Shown here: positions 11,878 to 23,565 of the stretch, piece after piece | How positions within the stretch are numbered: position 1 is the first letter of the stretch | Layout: each line of letters starts with the position of its first letter | Program-made: the position numbers and the translations under genes | From: Antedon mediterranea | Taxonomy: Eukaryota; Animalia; Echinodermata | NCBI RefSeq assembly: GCF_964355755.1 | Contig: NC_092672.1 | Location: 9,176,001-9,240,000 of the forward strand | Length of the DNA: 64,000 nt | Direction of reading: 5' to 3' | The notes under the pieces: generated by a model | The model's database searches: none | Told to the model about the DNA's origin: nothing | The model's input: the letters and a program-made list of their open reading frames with translations, nothing else

Positions 11878-12368
11878 GGCGCCTAGCCTACTACTAGGCC
11901 TAGGCCTAGTACTAGCTAGCCTTCCTAGCTATATAGGGGCCTAGGCCTATGGCCCATTGGGCCTAGTAGTAGGCGAGCACTAGGCCTAGCTAGACCTACT
12001 TGACCTTCTTGTTATACCTTTTTGGGCCTGCTCAGTCTAAGGCAGGCCAGGCTAGTACTAACTAGGCTAGTCGGAATCCGTACTACTAGCCTAGGACCTA
12101 GCTAGGCCTAACCTAGTAGGCTTAGCTAGTACAGCCTAACTGGTCCTTAGACTAGCCTATAGGCAAGTAGAGGGACCTAGCTAGCCTCACTCAGCCTCTA
12201 GGCCTAGGCTAGGCTATCTAGCCTAGTAGGCTAGGCCTAGACCTATAAAAATAGAGAGACTGATTAATCATTTAGGCCTAGGCCTATATGAATAATGATG
12301 GAAATAAAATAAATTTTTAAAAATTCATATTTTTTTAATTTTAGGTTAGGGCCTACCTAGGCCTAGTT
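11878..12368. repeat. CTAG/TAGGCCTA-rich low-complexity tract in the predicted first intron of CEP104
   Basis: Same vocabulary as 11175-11392 (CTAGGCCTAG, TAGCTAG, TAGTACTA). Confidence 0.8.
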
Positions 12369-12391
12369 GATACTGGCTGGAAGTAACCAAG

Positions 12392-15300
12392 ATGCCACAC
12401 AAGCTTGCTTTCCAAGTTCTACATACCTCCAGCATAGAGACAGGTTTTAACCTACGGGAGCTGGAGGTGCACAATCCGCTGGTAAAGGGATGGCAGTCAA
12501 GTCGCTTCTGCCCCTATCCCCAGGAAGTTATTCTACGTTTACCCAATAAAGTTCATGTCGTCAAGCTACAGATACTTGCTCACCAATTTTTGATCCGTAA
12601 ATACTTTAATCTTATTTTTTCTTAATACCTAAATTGTGTAATACTTTTAATACTTTATTAAAATTTCAATTATAATGTGATTATTAATATTATATAATTT
12701 AAATGATCCCAATAATGGTAAGCTTTTTGGACTATCCTGAAAAATCTTTTATAAATGTATTCTTTATAATTTCAGTAATTTATGTTATCACTTTGTATGT
12801 ATTTTTTATGATGATTTTCCTAATAAATTCAAATAGTCAAATCAAAATGGCAGTTCCATGTCACAACAATCAAAAGCTAAATTAACAAAATATCCAGGTT
12901 TATTTCTGAAAATAATGTGTGCTTAAATTCTAAAATACTGAGGTACAGTACCTTGTTATTTTTCAAAACCTGTAATTACCTTACGACGTATTGTAGTTGC
13001 AATATAAATAAATATTGATCAAACATGAATTTTGTGTACTCAACTCGATAGTATAAAATTAATTTCTTTGTTTATTCCAGCAACTAAAATTGAATTTTAC
13101 ATGGGTGATGTACCAACTCATCGCCTTGAATCCTTGCATGGCGCCAGGTATAAACGCTTAGGGTAAGTTGATTCACATCTGACGACCTCTTATTTGTCTC
13201 TGGCCCACGTCTATGGAACAACATTGATAAATAAAAAATAGTATTTCTCTCCCTGTTTTTTCGTAAGAATATTATTATTAAGGAACATTTGGAAAATGTA
13301 TGCAATAATAATAATATATATGAAAATAACATTGTTATGTATTTGAGCATAGACGATAACAATTTATGTGACAAAAAATGACACGATGATGTAACACTAC
13401 CATATTTGGGCATATCACACTTTTTTGTCAAACTAGTTTGTATTCACGCTAATGCTCTTTAATTTCACATTGTTTTGTTCACTTTAAATTATTTTTTTTG
13501 TTTGCGCACAATATTGTCTATATCCAAGCATCCTCTTTGAAAACAGTATGTTATATTTGTTGATGTAGATTTTTATCTTGTTATTTAATGTAGGTATGTT
13601 AGTATGTCAGACAACGAGAAAACTGGTTTCAAAGCTCGAGAACTGAAGTCTGTACATGTGAATGCAGTAGGACAGTTTCTAAAGATTGTTATTCATAAGA
13701 ACTTTGTTAACAAATACAATCTTTACAATCAGGTAAAGAGTGCCAATGTTTTTTACTGTGGTTGATTTTTTTTATTATTTATTTTCCACATACAAAATAG
13801 AAATGAGCTGGTAGATAATTAACAAGTGGTACATGAATTATTTCTTAATTATTTTAAATTGTTATTGTTATATTTCTTCATGTTTGTTTAGTCTGATGTA
13901 CTGTTTAGGCGTACTGAATTATTGTTAACTCTTCATTTCAACCTTTGATTGTTTTTTAGTATTTTATACCAGTCAAATAAAAAAAAAGTAAAATAGTAAT
14001 AATAATAAAGCGCACATGCCACTCAAGAGTGCTTAAGGCATTGAAATAAAAGTGAATAGACAGAGACTGAAATAAGTTTGAGAACAAACTTTATGGCAAA
14101 AAAGTTGAAATAATGAAATAACTTATACTGTACACACAATAATGTTACCTATAAATTAAAAAAAATCATTAGACTCACAACAACTCTATTCAGCATTGTC
14201 ATGACTAATAGATAAAGCATTCACATACATTTTTGGATAAGAGATAAAATCCAAATAGATTCTAACCTAAACTAATTTGTCTATGTACTTTGAATACAAC
14301 AGAATATTGTTCTTATAAACCAAAACAGGTTGGTGTTGTTGCAGTGAATATAATAGGTGAAGAACTAGGAGAAGATGGACAACCAAAAAATATTCTCGAT
14401 CCATTAATTAGTAACAATGAGGATGTGGATGGTGTTGATCCGTTGGTGCTTGGTGCATTTACTAGGTAAGGAATAGACAATACAACAATAAAACCCCTCC
14501 TCTGGGACACTCCTATTCAAGGAACACCCTATTAACACATTGACTGCCAAGGCATTTTCCGTAATTTCTGTCCCAGTGCCAAGTCCCGTTTACATATTAA
14601 ATTACAGTTTGAAAGTGTAACATCTGGTCACAGACTATCATGATGTCATTCAAAATATTTTTAGATTATCGTTTACGTACATCATTCATAAACTGCCATG
14701 CGATAATTCCTGTTCCAATCACCACTGCCAGCGATTCTACATACAATACAAAAGTGCTACGATTTTGACGTAGTATTACGTCTTGGCAAGTAGCGACACG
14801 CAATTTTTGACGTATAAATACGCCGTGGCAGTGAACGTGTTAACAAAATATGTTATTAACACTATGGCCAACCTCTTTTTAGAGGACACCCCTAACCCTA
14901 TTAAAGGGAAACTTTTTTGGTTACAAAGGTTTCCCTTTGAATAATATACAATTTTTTGTATACCACCTAATTCCCACAAAAGGATCATTGCCCATGGCTG
15001 CAATGTGAACTCTGATGTTACCCTTTTCAAAACTACATGCCTCTCCCCTATTGAGTCACGTCATGTGAGTGCAGCTACTTTAAGGCACTCTCTCATCCGT
15101 CAAAAGATATACTACTGTAGGTTCTTTAAAGTGCACACAAACAATTAGTCTGGGCTCCAGACGGAGTTTTTTCTTAATATTAGTAAAAATATAAATATTT
15201 TTGCACATATGGCGTTTCATACGTGTATTACTTGAGTTTGGATACTCCGTCTGGGGAAACACGCCAAAGTCACGTGGTTTGACACCAAGAATTCTTGGTG

Positions 15301-18300
15301 CTTAGATTATTCGGTTGACTAGTTTCAGCTGCATGCGATTGGCTACTCACTCGTACACCGTTTTAATATTCATATTTCAGAATTTCAAAGACTCAACAAC
15401 TAAGATGGTACGCATGCGCTATGTTACGTTTAGACAATGTGTACTTGGGTACATTGATGAAAGTTTCTGAAGGCTAGAAAAGATTTTATATGGATCATTT
15501 AATCAGGGAGATGTAATTTACATCTCCCTGATTTAATATTACGCAGAGATAATTTGATTTAATTCCCACCCAGACCCTGTCCTGTTCTGTGTAGTGGTGT
15601 AGCCCTGTCTGTTGTGTGTGAATCCTGTTGTGTGCCGGTGGTGGTATTATGTAGGCCTACCTTATTGGCGTTTTATTTGGCAGGTCATACGTGCGAGTTG
15701 AGTAGGACCTACGAAGGAGGCCTAGGCTAAGGACTAAACAATTAATAAACAAAACAACTTGGCAAGAACAGAATTTCATATTTCAACAGTCTCGATCGTA
15801 CATTCAGCACTGTACGTAGGCCTACTCGATCTTTTTCATTTTGTAACAAAATGATCATTGGTTGATTCGAAATCCATATTTACATATAGCCAAATACGGT
15901 ATGATAACCTACGTCATTCTTATCGGATGTTTGCGGTCTGCAAATCGATTTCTATACATGTTTCACAAGTCTGTATTTTCAGACAAAAATCGCGGTCGAA
16001 ATAAAAACAAATAAATAAAAAAAAAAAAACAATACAGACTTGGGGCAAGTCTAACAAGCAATGTGTGTACACTGGACCTACTGTTTATAGTTATTGTCAG
16101 TGCAATAACTTGTCACAAATACCATCATCACGAACTATAAAGAAGCATATTCCCTTAGTTATGAATGTGTTGCTGAATTATTACCATAGCCACATGTAGT
16201 TTTGGTCAGATAAGTTTCAAACCACCTTTTGACATCTGGACATATCTGTCACATGACATTCTCCAACAAGGATCATTAAAATGCATCTAATTAATGCTAT
16301 TCAAAATTCATATTCTATATGTAACTTCATCATTTTATTTGCAGAGCTGATTATATTTCACCTTTAGATGATCTTGCGTTTGATATGTATCAGGACCAAG
16401 AAGTTGCACAGATAATCCGTAAACTTGACCTTCGCAAGAACGAGGCTGTCTTACGTAAGATATGACCTTCTGCATGGTTTTTTCTGCACCGCATTCAAAA
16501 AACTGTAGAATAACTTAAACCTGAAAACAACTTACTGAGCTTATATATATATATATATATATATATAAACACAGTAGGCAAAGAACATATATATATATAT
16601 GTATAATTTTACTTTATTTTGACTTGAATCACAAATAATGAAAATTATGTGAATTATTTTTATCTTCATCCAATCATTTTAAGGGTGATTGTCTTGTATA
16701 TATTTTTTGTTGCTCCAAAAATAATTGTATCAGTACAATATTGTACTGACAACTTTGCAAACATTTTATTTTTAAATAAAACATTATAGGCTGCTGAAAC
16801 CAGGTTTACAAAAAGTTACAATTTTGAGATACCTTCCCTCTATCAGTATTTATACTCACTTTTATGTATAATAATCATACTGTGTATTGCCAGTTCAGAA
16901 ACTTACTAATTGTATATTTTACATCCAATAAAACAAACAATTTAAATCATTTATGTCCAATTTAGAGGAACAGTACGACATTGCAAAGCGACTAAAGCAA
17001 GGAATAGCAGACTTACAAAAGGTACTTCATAAATTGATTCTAGAGTAGAACCTCTGTTACCTCATTAACTTCATGGTCAAGGTAATACAGCACATACTGT
17101 ACTATGTACCCTAAAGGATGATTTAAGTGTAGTGACCATTTTCTGAGGATCCAGCAAATGACAATGGGTCCTGAGGGTCCGAGGTTCTTTTTAATACAAT
17201 TAATAACAAATTATAATATTTAAAAACTATTTTAGCCAATTAGTTGCTGCGGTACTTAATTATTACCTATCCCAAAAGCTTATTCATTCATCTTCGGAAG
17301 TTAGGAGAGAACACTGAGAAATTAAACTCTCTATTTCTATTTCAGGTTGGAGAACGACTTGGTCGCTTTGAGGTCGAGAAACGCCGTGCAATAGAAACCG
17401 AAGATTACGACCTGGCTAAGACAAAGAAAGCCGCAATGGAGGATTATCGGTCAGAAATCTACAAGCAACTCTCCCTTCACCAACTACTAGAATACTCAAA
17501 GGTACAGTATCTATCTCTAGAAACAGTATAACTTGTATTCAGTTAATCCATTCTCAGGCAGTGGTATCTAAAGTAGCTATTGGTTAAAAACTGTAATTGT
17601 CTTTAAATGTATCTTTGTAGTTGGACAGCTCTGTAGTCTTCTATAATCTTCCATAAAATCTTGAAAAGTGGTGGTTTGCAAAAGTAATCTGGAAAAGAAG
17701 CCCATCCCCAAAATATGCACAGGTCGTCTCAGGTCAAAAGCGCCCTAGAGCGGCTGCAGACTAGCACTGTATGTGGCATGTTTCTAATAATCACTGTATT
17801 TAACTCAATCTGTTTTTGAATGCACTTTTTTAAACACATGTTTAAACCCTTTCATCACACTTCAATCATTTGTTTTTCAGCAATTAATATGGCCTCCAAG
17901 ATATGTAAGTCATATGCATGTACTTATTCCCATCATGCACTTGTAGTTTGCATATTTTAAATTATTCTGTTGAGAACTAACTCATTTTAAAAATAAAAAA
18001 CACATTTAGTATTTAGTAAATCCATCCGTCCATCAAATTCTAATTTTTAACCAATTGTTTTGCATATTGTTTGATTTTCACATTCCCATTGTTTTGTCAT
18101 ACCGATTATTCCCATTTTTTACTGCTTTTCCATTTTTTTTAGTTTAACCATTTTTATGTATAAAAATAGCATCCCAAATTTCTTATATAATTATAATTAT
18201 TTAGTCCCTTTTTTGTTGCATCTTCTGGTTTTGTACTTTCCATTTTTACAGTACTATCGCCAATTTTAATAATAGATATTGTCAGGTAAATAATTTTTAA

Positions 18301-21300
18301 TATTTGGCCAATGAAAATTGGTTTTAATTGCTTATTTCAAGATTCATTTTGGTGTCCATTTTTAATAGACAAAGAGGATGGTTTATTACAAAACTAATTC
18401 TTCTAACCCTTTAAAATGAAGACTGATATGTTTTGTATTCTTGTTTCTAATATTTTACTGTTTTTGTAAATTTATAACTAATTGATGCACATTTGGATAT
18501 TATAATTAATTAGTTTGCAATTAACCTTTAACCTTCATAATCTCTCATTTGCCACTTTCATTCTGGCTGTACAGAATTTTTTGCCACATCACCATTTTAC
18601 TCATCTACAGTATTCCTGAACTTAAGTCTATGAACACTAACAATGGCCATTAATACCAAATGACACTTGGGGTGGGTGAGGTAGTCATCAGCAGGGCATA
18701 AGTCTGGTAGGTGGGGGTGGGGGATACATTATCTTTCTTTTAGCCTGCTGCAGTACATATCCACCCAGCCAACCGGCCATTATAAGATTATGTTAATGAA
18801 CTCACTAAAACCAGGGCATCATTACTACTGTGCACTTCTTTTATGCCTACAGGTACATGGTAATGTACAGTAGTTTCTTTTTGTATTTTTCAGCCTAATT
18901 CGCAGACACTTGAACCAATACCTATTAACCAGCCTGCAGACAACAAGAAAACCAACTCAAAGAAACAGCCTGTTGCGTCAGAACCAAAGTCAACATTCCA
19001 GCCCAAGAACTATCAAAATGATGAACGGCCATTGAGAGGGGTTAAAAGGTACATTTCAGCCATCTATTGTGTGCTTGACCGTTTTTTCTCAGGCCAGGAA
19101 ATACAAAAGAAAACAAATGCATCAGCAAAATTCAAAAACTTAAAATACAATGCTCTCAGTATCATCATCTGTGTAGAATAAAATACAATAACTCTTCAAT
19201 TCTCACATTGTTTTATTTAGCCAACCAATACATGAACCAGAACCAGTTCAGGAGGAGGACCAACCATCTGATGGTAAAAAACTTTCAGATAAAAATTCCA
19301 GAGAGGCAGCACCAGCCATTGATGCATTTGGGCTTGACTTGGTCAGTGCTATTTTCATCAAGTTTTTTTTATTTAAAACAGTTTACAACAAACTGCATCT
19401 AAATGATACTAAATTGCCAACTAACTGTCCTTACCAATGCAATAAATGTCAGGCTTTATTCATCTTTGATCCCAGCTTTCAATGGCTGGGAGAGATCGGA
19501 AAGTTGCAAATCTGAGCTTTTCACTGTCGTTGGTGTTACTCAGAATTTAACAATCTAAAAATTAGAAAAAAATATCATTTTTAAAAATGTATTAGTTATT
19601 TATTGGCTGATTTTCATCATAATATAGCTTTTTATTAAACCAGCCAAACTCCAGGAGGAGAGGTGACGATAAACAGGTATTGTTACATATGGACTAAATA
19701 GCTTAATAATATTAATGACTGTTTATGCAGGTTACCAAACTCTACTCTAAGACATGGTCGTACAGAGAAGAGGCGCTGTTGATGATGAAGAGCAAGCTTG
19801 AGGATGTTGAAGAAGGAATGGATAAAGAAGAGTTAAGAACATTATTGAGGGCAGCAACCTTTGTTGTTACAAAAGGTCTAAGAGACAAGGTCTTTGGGGT
19901 AAGCATACCAGAATGTAGTTTTTTTCTAATTGTCCGTATCCATTCAACCCCGGACCTTGGGATTGGAAGGCAAGCTACAGCTCCACTACAAGGAAAAAAA
20001 AAATAGTTATTTGAAATATGTACAATTCATAAACTACACTGCTTTATTTAAGCTAAATAGGTATCTTCTATGCAGTTTATGTACTAATTGGCTACTTACA
20101 CTAGTGCCCATTATTTTGCCATCATTTATTTTGACTTAAATTGACTAGCCAATAAATACTAATTCCTAGTTAATATGAGGTCACCATTTCTCCATGTTTT
20201 GTCATGAAAACATAAATAATAATTCAATGTTAATTATATTTTAGATTATACTGTTTCAAATTGTATTGTTTTCTAATCACCAGATATTTAACACAGCAAC
20301 TAGTGTTTTGCAATACATTTTTGAAACATGGATTGTGAGACACAAAATTGGTAAAGTTGACACTGCTGCCGTGCTAGACAAGACAATAACTGAACTTCTA
20401 AACAGAACATCAGATACTGTTAGTATACAAGTATTTATAATGGTCCTCAAATGAAACACGTCCACTGTATAATCATTTTATAAGCAACCATCATTTATAA
20501 ACTACTTGACTACATTAAATTTAATAGAAGCAGAAATTATTCATTTTGTTTGTATATTTATTGAGGTACAATCAATTTTTTCCAAGATCTTCTTCAATTA
20601 CAAAAAAATCTTACAATATTGGTAAGTAATTATTTTTGTTTTTCCCAGAATGCCAGACTAAAGACATTCAGCCAGGAATTTATAGTTGAAATGGCTGGTT
20701 ACAAGGAAGTGCGCCCTCTTCACAATATTCCTCAACATTGCCTGGTTCCATTCAAAGCTTCAATCCAGGCCAGAAGTGCTGTCACAAAAGTTGATATTGT
20801 TCAGAAGCTATTGGCTCTTTTAGGAGTAGAGAAAAATAGGTAATGTTAGTACTGTGGAGGAGGGTTGTGTTTGAATTTTGGTTAACCTCTCTTTTCAAAT
20901 ATTTTGACTCTCTCGATTTTACCAATTCTTTTTGTTTAGCAATATGTCTGTAGAAAGTGTAATGACCTTTGCATTGAGGGCTCTGGAACACACTCATGGA
21001 GAAGTGCGTGAAGCCGCCATTAAATTGATCACAGACCTTTATCAGATGAGAGGAGCAGAAATCAAAGACCATCTGCCATCGGAAGAAGATCCAGCAATCA
21101 TCAAGAACCCTCTGTACTCAAAACTCTTTGATGCTCTTGACAAGATCGATGGAAAGCCAACAAGGAGTGAAAGAAAGGTATAATAGGCAGGGATGCAAGA
21201 AATCATAGATGCTTCATTACATTACTCTGGTTATAGAACAATTCTCCTCAGTCCTCTAGAGTCATTTCACCAAACTGTGCACAAAAACAAGCATATTTGC

Positions 21301-23565
21301 CTTTCATCTGTCAAGAGTGTCAGCCCATAAAACACACAATTGTAATTTGATTATATTAATTGCCCATCAAATACAACCCAAGGGTACTATTAGGTCATTT
21401 ACAACAAGGTTACCTGGACAGCTCATGAAAATTCCTACATGGTTTTTAGCAATTTCTGTAGTGAAGTGTCTGTCACACTCCAGCTGGCCTCTCATGTGTG
21501 TCAAGATAAAGAATCAGAACTCATAAATTGTTTAAAACAGACCAGGATTTATTATCTGGATTTTTTCAAAAACCCAGGTGAAATGGACTGATTCTGCCAA
21601 GGGAGAGAAATGCCTAATATTTTAAAAAATATGCATTAAGATCAAAGAGGATAAATACTGTAATACAATAATAATATAGTCAGCTATGTCTTGTCCTGCA
21701 TTACCACTCTTTTTTGTTTATCTACTATTAAAATATATATTTTTGTATTACCTAGGCTCAGGCTAAGAAACAAAAAGAAGAGGAAGCCAGGAAGAAGCAG
21801 GCAGAGATTGATACTTTGCAGCAACAGTTGGCAGAGTTAAGAGCACATGCAAAGGTAGGCCTATCTGTTGTGAACATTGAATTAAATTGAACAAATTATT
21901 GAATTTCAGATGAACTTGCAAGTGCAGATCCAGGGGGCAAGCTACAGCTCCACTACGAGGAAAAAAAAATAGTTATTTAAAATATGCAATACATAAATTA
22001 GTTCTTGGGTCGCATGCTCCCTCTTTGACAGCTAAAATGACATTATGCACTACTATATGTATTTTTAACAGACTATTATTATTATTATGTTCGTTCCTCC
22101 ATCATTTAAAAGATACTGAATCTGCCCTGACTTGTGTTTTTTTATCTTTAGGCCCAAGGAGGCAAAAAAACTACACAGAAGCTTCTTCATTCTGACGATG
22201 ATGAAGACGACGATGATGAAGATGATGATGAACAAAATAATGGTCCTCTCACAAGAAGAACCAAAGCAGCAAGTGTGGCAGATGGTTCCGAGTTTGGTGA
22301 CCCTGATAAGCAGTGTGTCTTTTGTCTTGAGAGGAATGATGAGTTTGATAAAGAAGGTTTGGACTTGCATTACTGGAAGTATTGTCCAATGCTGAAGAGA
22401 TGTCAACATTGCAAACAGGTAGGATACAGGGATGTTAGTATGAATGGAAAAATTTGAGGTCATTTGGAATATTCAAAGAAGCTAGAAAACGGAGTGGTGA
22501 AAATGGTTCTCCTGGTCCATCTTCATCTTGTTAAAATCATAATATTTTATATATATTTTTTTCCTCATAGGTTGTTGAAGTATCTGTGTTAGTGGAACAT
22601 TTGCTAACAGAATGCGAAAGTCGTACAGAATTTGCCAAATGTCCACGATGTTCCGAAGCTCACGAGAAATATGAGATCGACAAACATGTTACTGAAAAAC
22701 TCTGCACATGTAAAAACTTGTACTTTTTTTTTTCCATTTTTTGTGTGAAAAGTAATACAGTAGTTTACTAGTATTTAATTGAAATGGCAATTTGGTTATT
22801 AATTTCAACTCTTTCACATTTTCTTTTTCAAAGTGGCTAAGAAAGCTATGGCACGCTGTCCTCTATGTCACAAAAATTTTCCACCAGGTGAAGAGAGTTG
22901 GCGACATCATCTAATGACAAAAGGCATGTGTATTACCAACCATCGTAACAAACAAGATGCAGGTATGTTATGGTATTGTTTTACTATAGTCAACCAAATC
23001 ATTGAGCTTTCTTAACATATTGTTGAGGTTAGGTTTATGAAAAAGTCATTTTTAACTTGAAGTCAATGAATGTGCTTAAGTCAGTTTTCAAAATAACCGT
23101 AGCAAATATTTGTGTGTACATTTTTTCTTATTCTAAGCAGGGAGGTATAATAAATATAAACAATTTGTTATACCTCCCTGTTCTAAGCACTGTTTAACTA
23201 ACTTGAATTAAGTAAAAAGGTTGATAAATTCCAGGAACTTTCAAGTCTACTTTTTTCATGCTGGGTTGGTAGACATTTTGGAGAGAAAGCACTTACAGTA
23301 TAGCTTGTACTGCTGTTTCCTCTTCAAATACCCCCTCTCATTAGAGAACTGTAAAGTAGTAATATTAACAACAACAGCAGCATAAAAACTAATGTTTTTT
23401 AATTTAATTCAATAGAACAGTTTATTTCACATTCTCAAATAAATGTTTAATGTACTTATTTTAGGAAAAGGCAGGAATACAAAGAGGCCCGTACAAAAAC
23501 CAAATAAACCAAAAGCAGGAAAAAAACCTCCACAAACTAAAGGAAGGACACCAAGAGGGAAGTGA
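12392..23565 (+). CDS. CEP104: Centrosomal protein CEP104 (jelly-roll, coiled-coil, TOG and Zn-finger domains, basic tail)
   Basis: 18 coding exons: 12392-12596, 13081-13162, 13594-13732, 14329-14465, 16345-16454, 16966-17021, 17346-17501, 18894-19048, 19221-19341, 19731-19898, 20284-20418, 20649-20839, 20940-21177, 21756-21854, 22152-22418, 22571-22709, 22834-22962, 23465-23565. Motifs: MPHKLAF, GWQSSRFCPYPQE, KARELKSVHV, SPLDDLAFDMYQD, YSKTWSYREEAL, GLDLHYWKYCPML, RCPLCH. Confidence 0.95.
14536..14839. mobile_element. piggyBac-like MITE with TTAA target-site duplication
   Basis: TTAA|CACATTGACTGCCAAGGC ... GCCGTGGCAGTGAACGTG|TTAA. Confidence 0.75.
15501..15533. repeat. Perfect inverted repeat with 16-bp arms and a 1-nt centre
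   Basis: AATCAGGGAGATGTAA-T-TTACATCTCCCTGATT. Confidence 0.9.
16542..16600. repeat. (TA)n microsatellite, two adjacent runs
   Basis: Directly visible TA dinucleotide runs. Confidence 0.9.
17881..17904 (+). CDS. CEP104: Candidate 24-nt in-frame microexon of CEP104 (QLIWPPRY)
   Basis: tttgtttttcag|CAATTAATATGGCCTCCAAGATAT|gtaagt inside the phase-0 intron 17502-18893. Confidence 0.55.
19968..20032 (+). repeat. Dispersed repeat fragment with a second copy at ~21936-21998
   Basis: GGCAAGCTACAGCTCCACTAC..GGAAAAAAAAAATAGTTATTT.AAATATG occurs in two CEP104 introns. Confidence 0.8.

Noticed and set aside
18611-18860. Additional CEP104 exons after acceptor-like sites at 18610, 18743 and 18852
   Set aside because: In-frame stops follow quickly, or the exon length breaks the frame; no convincing donor.
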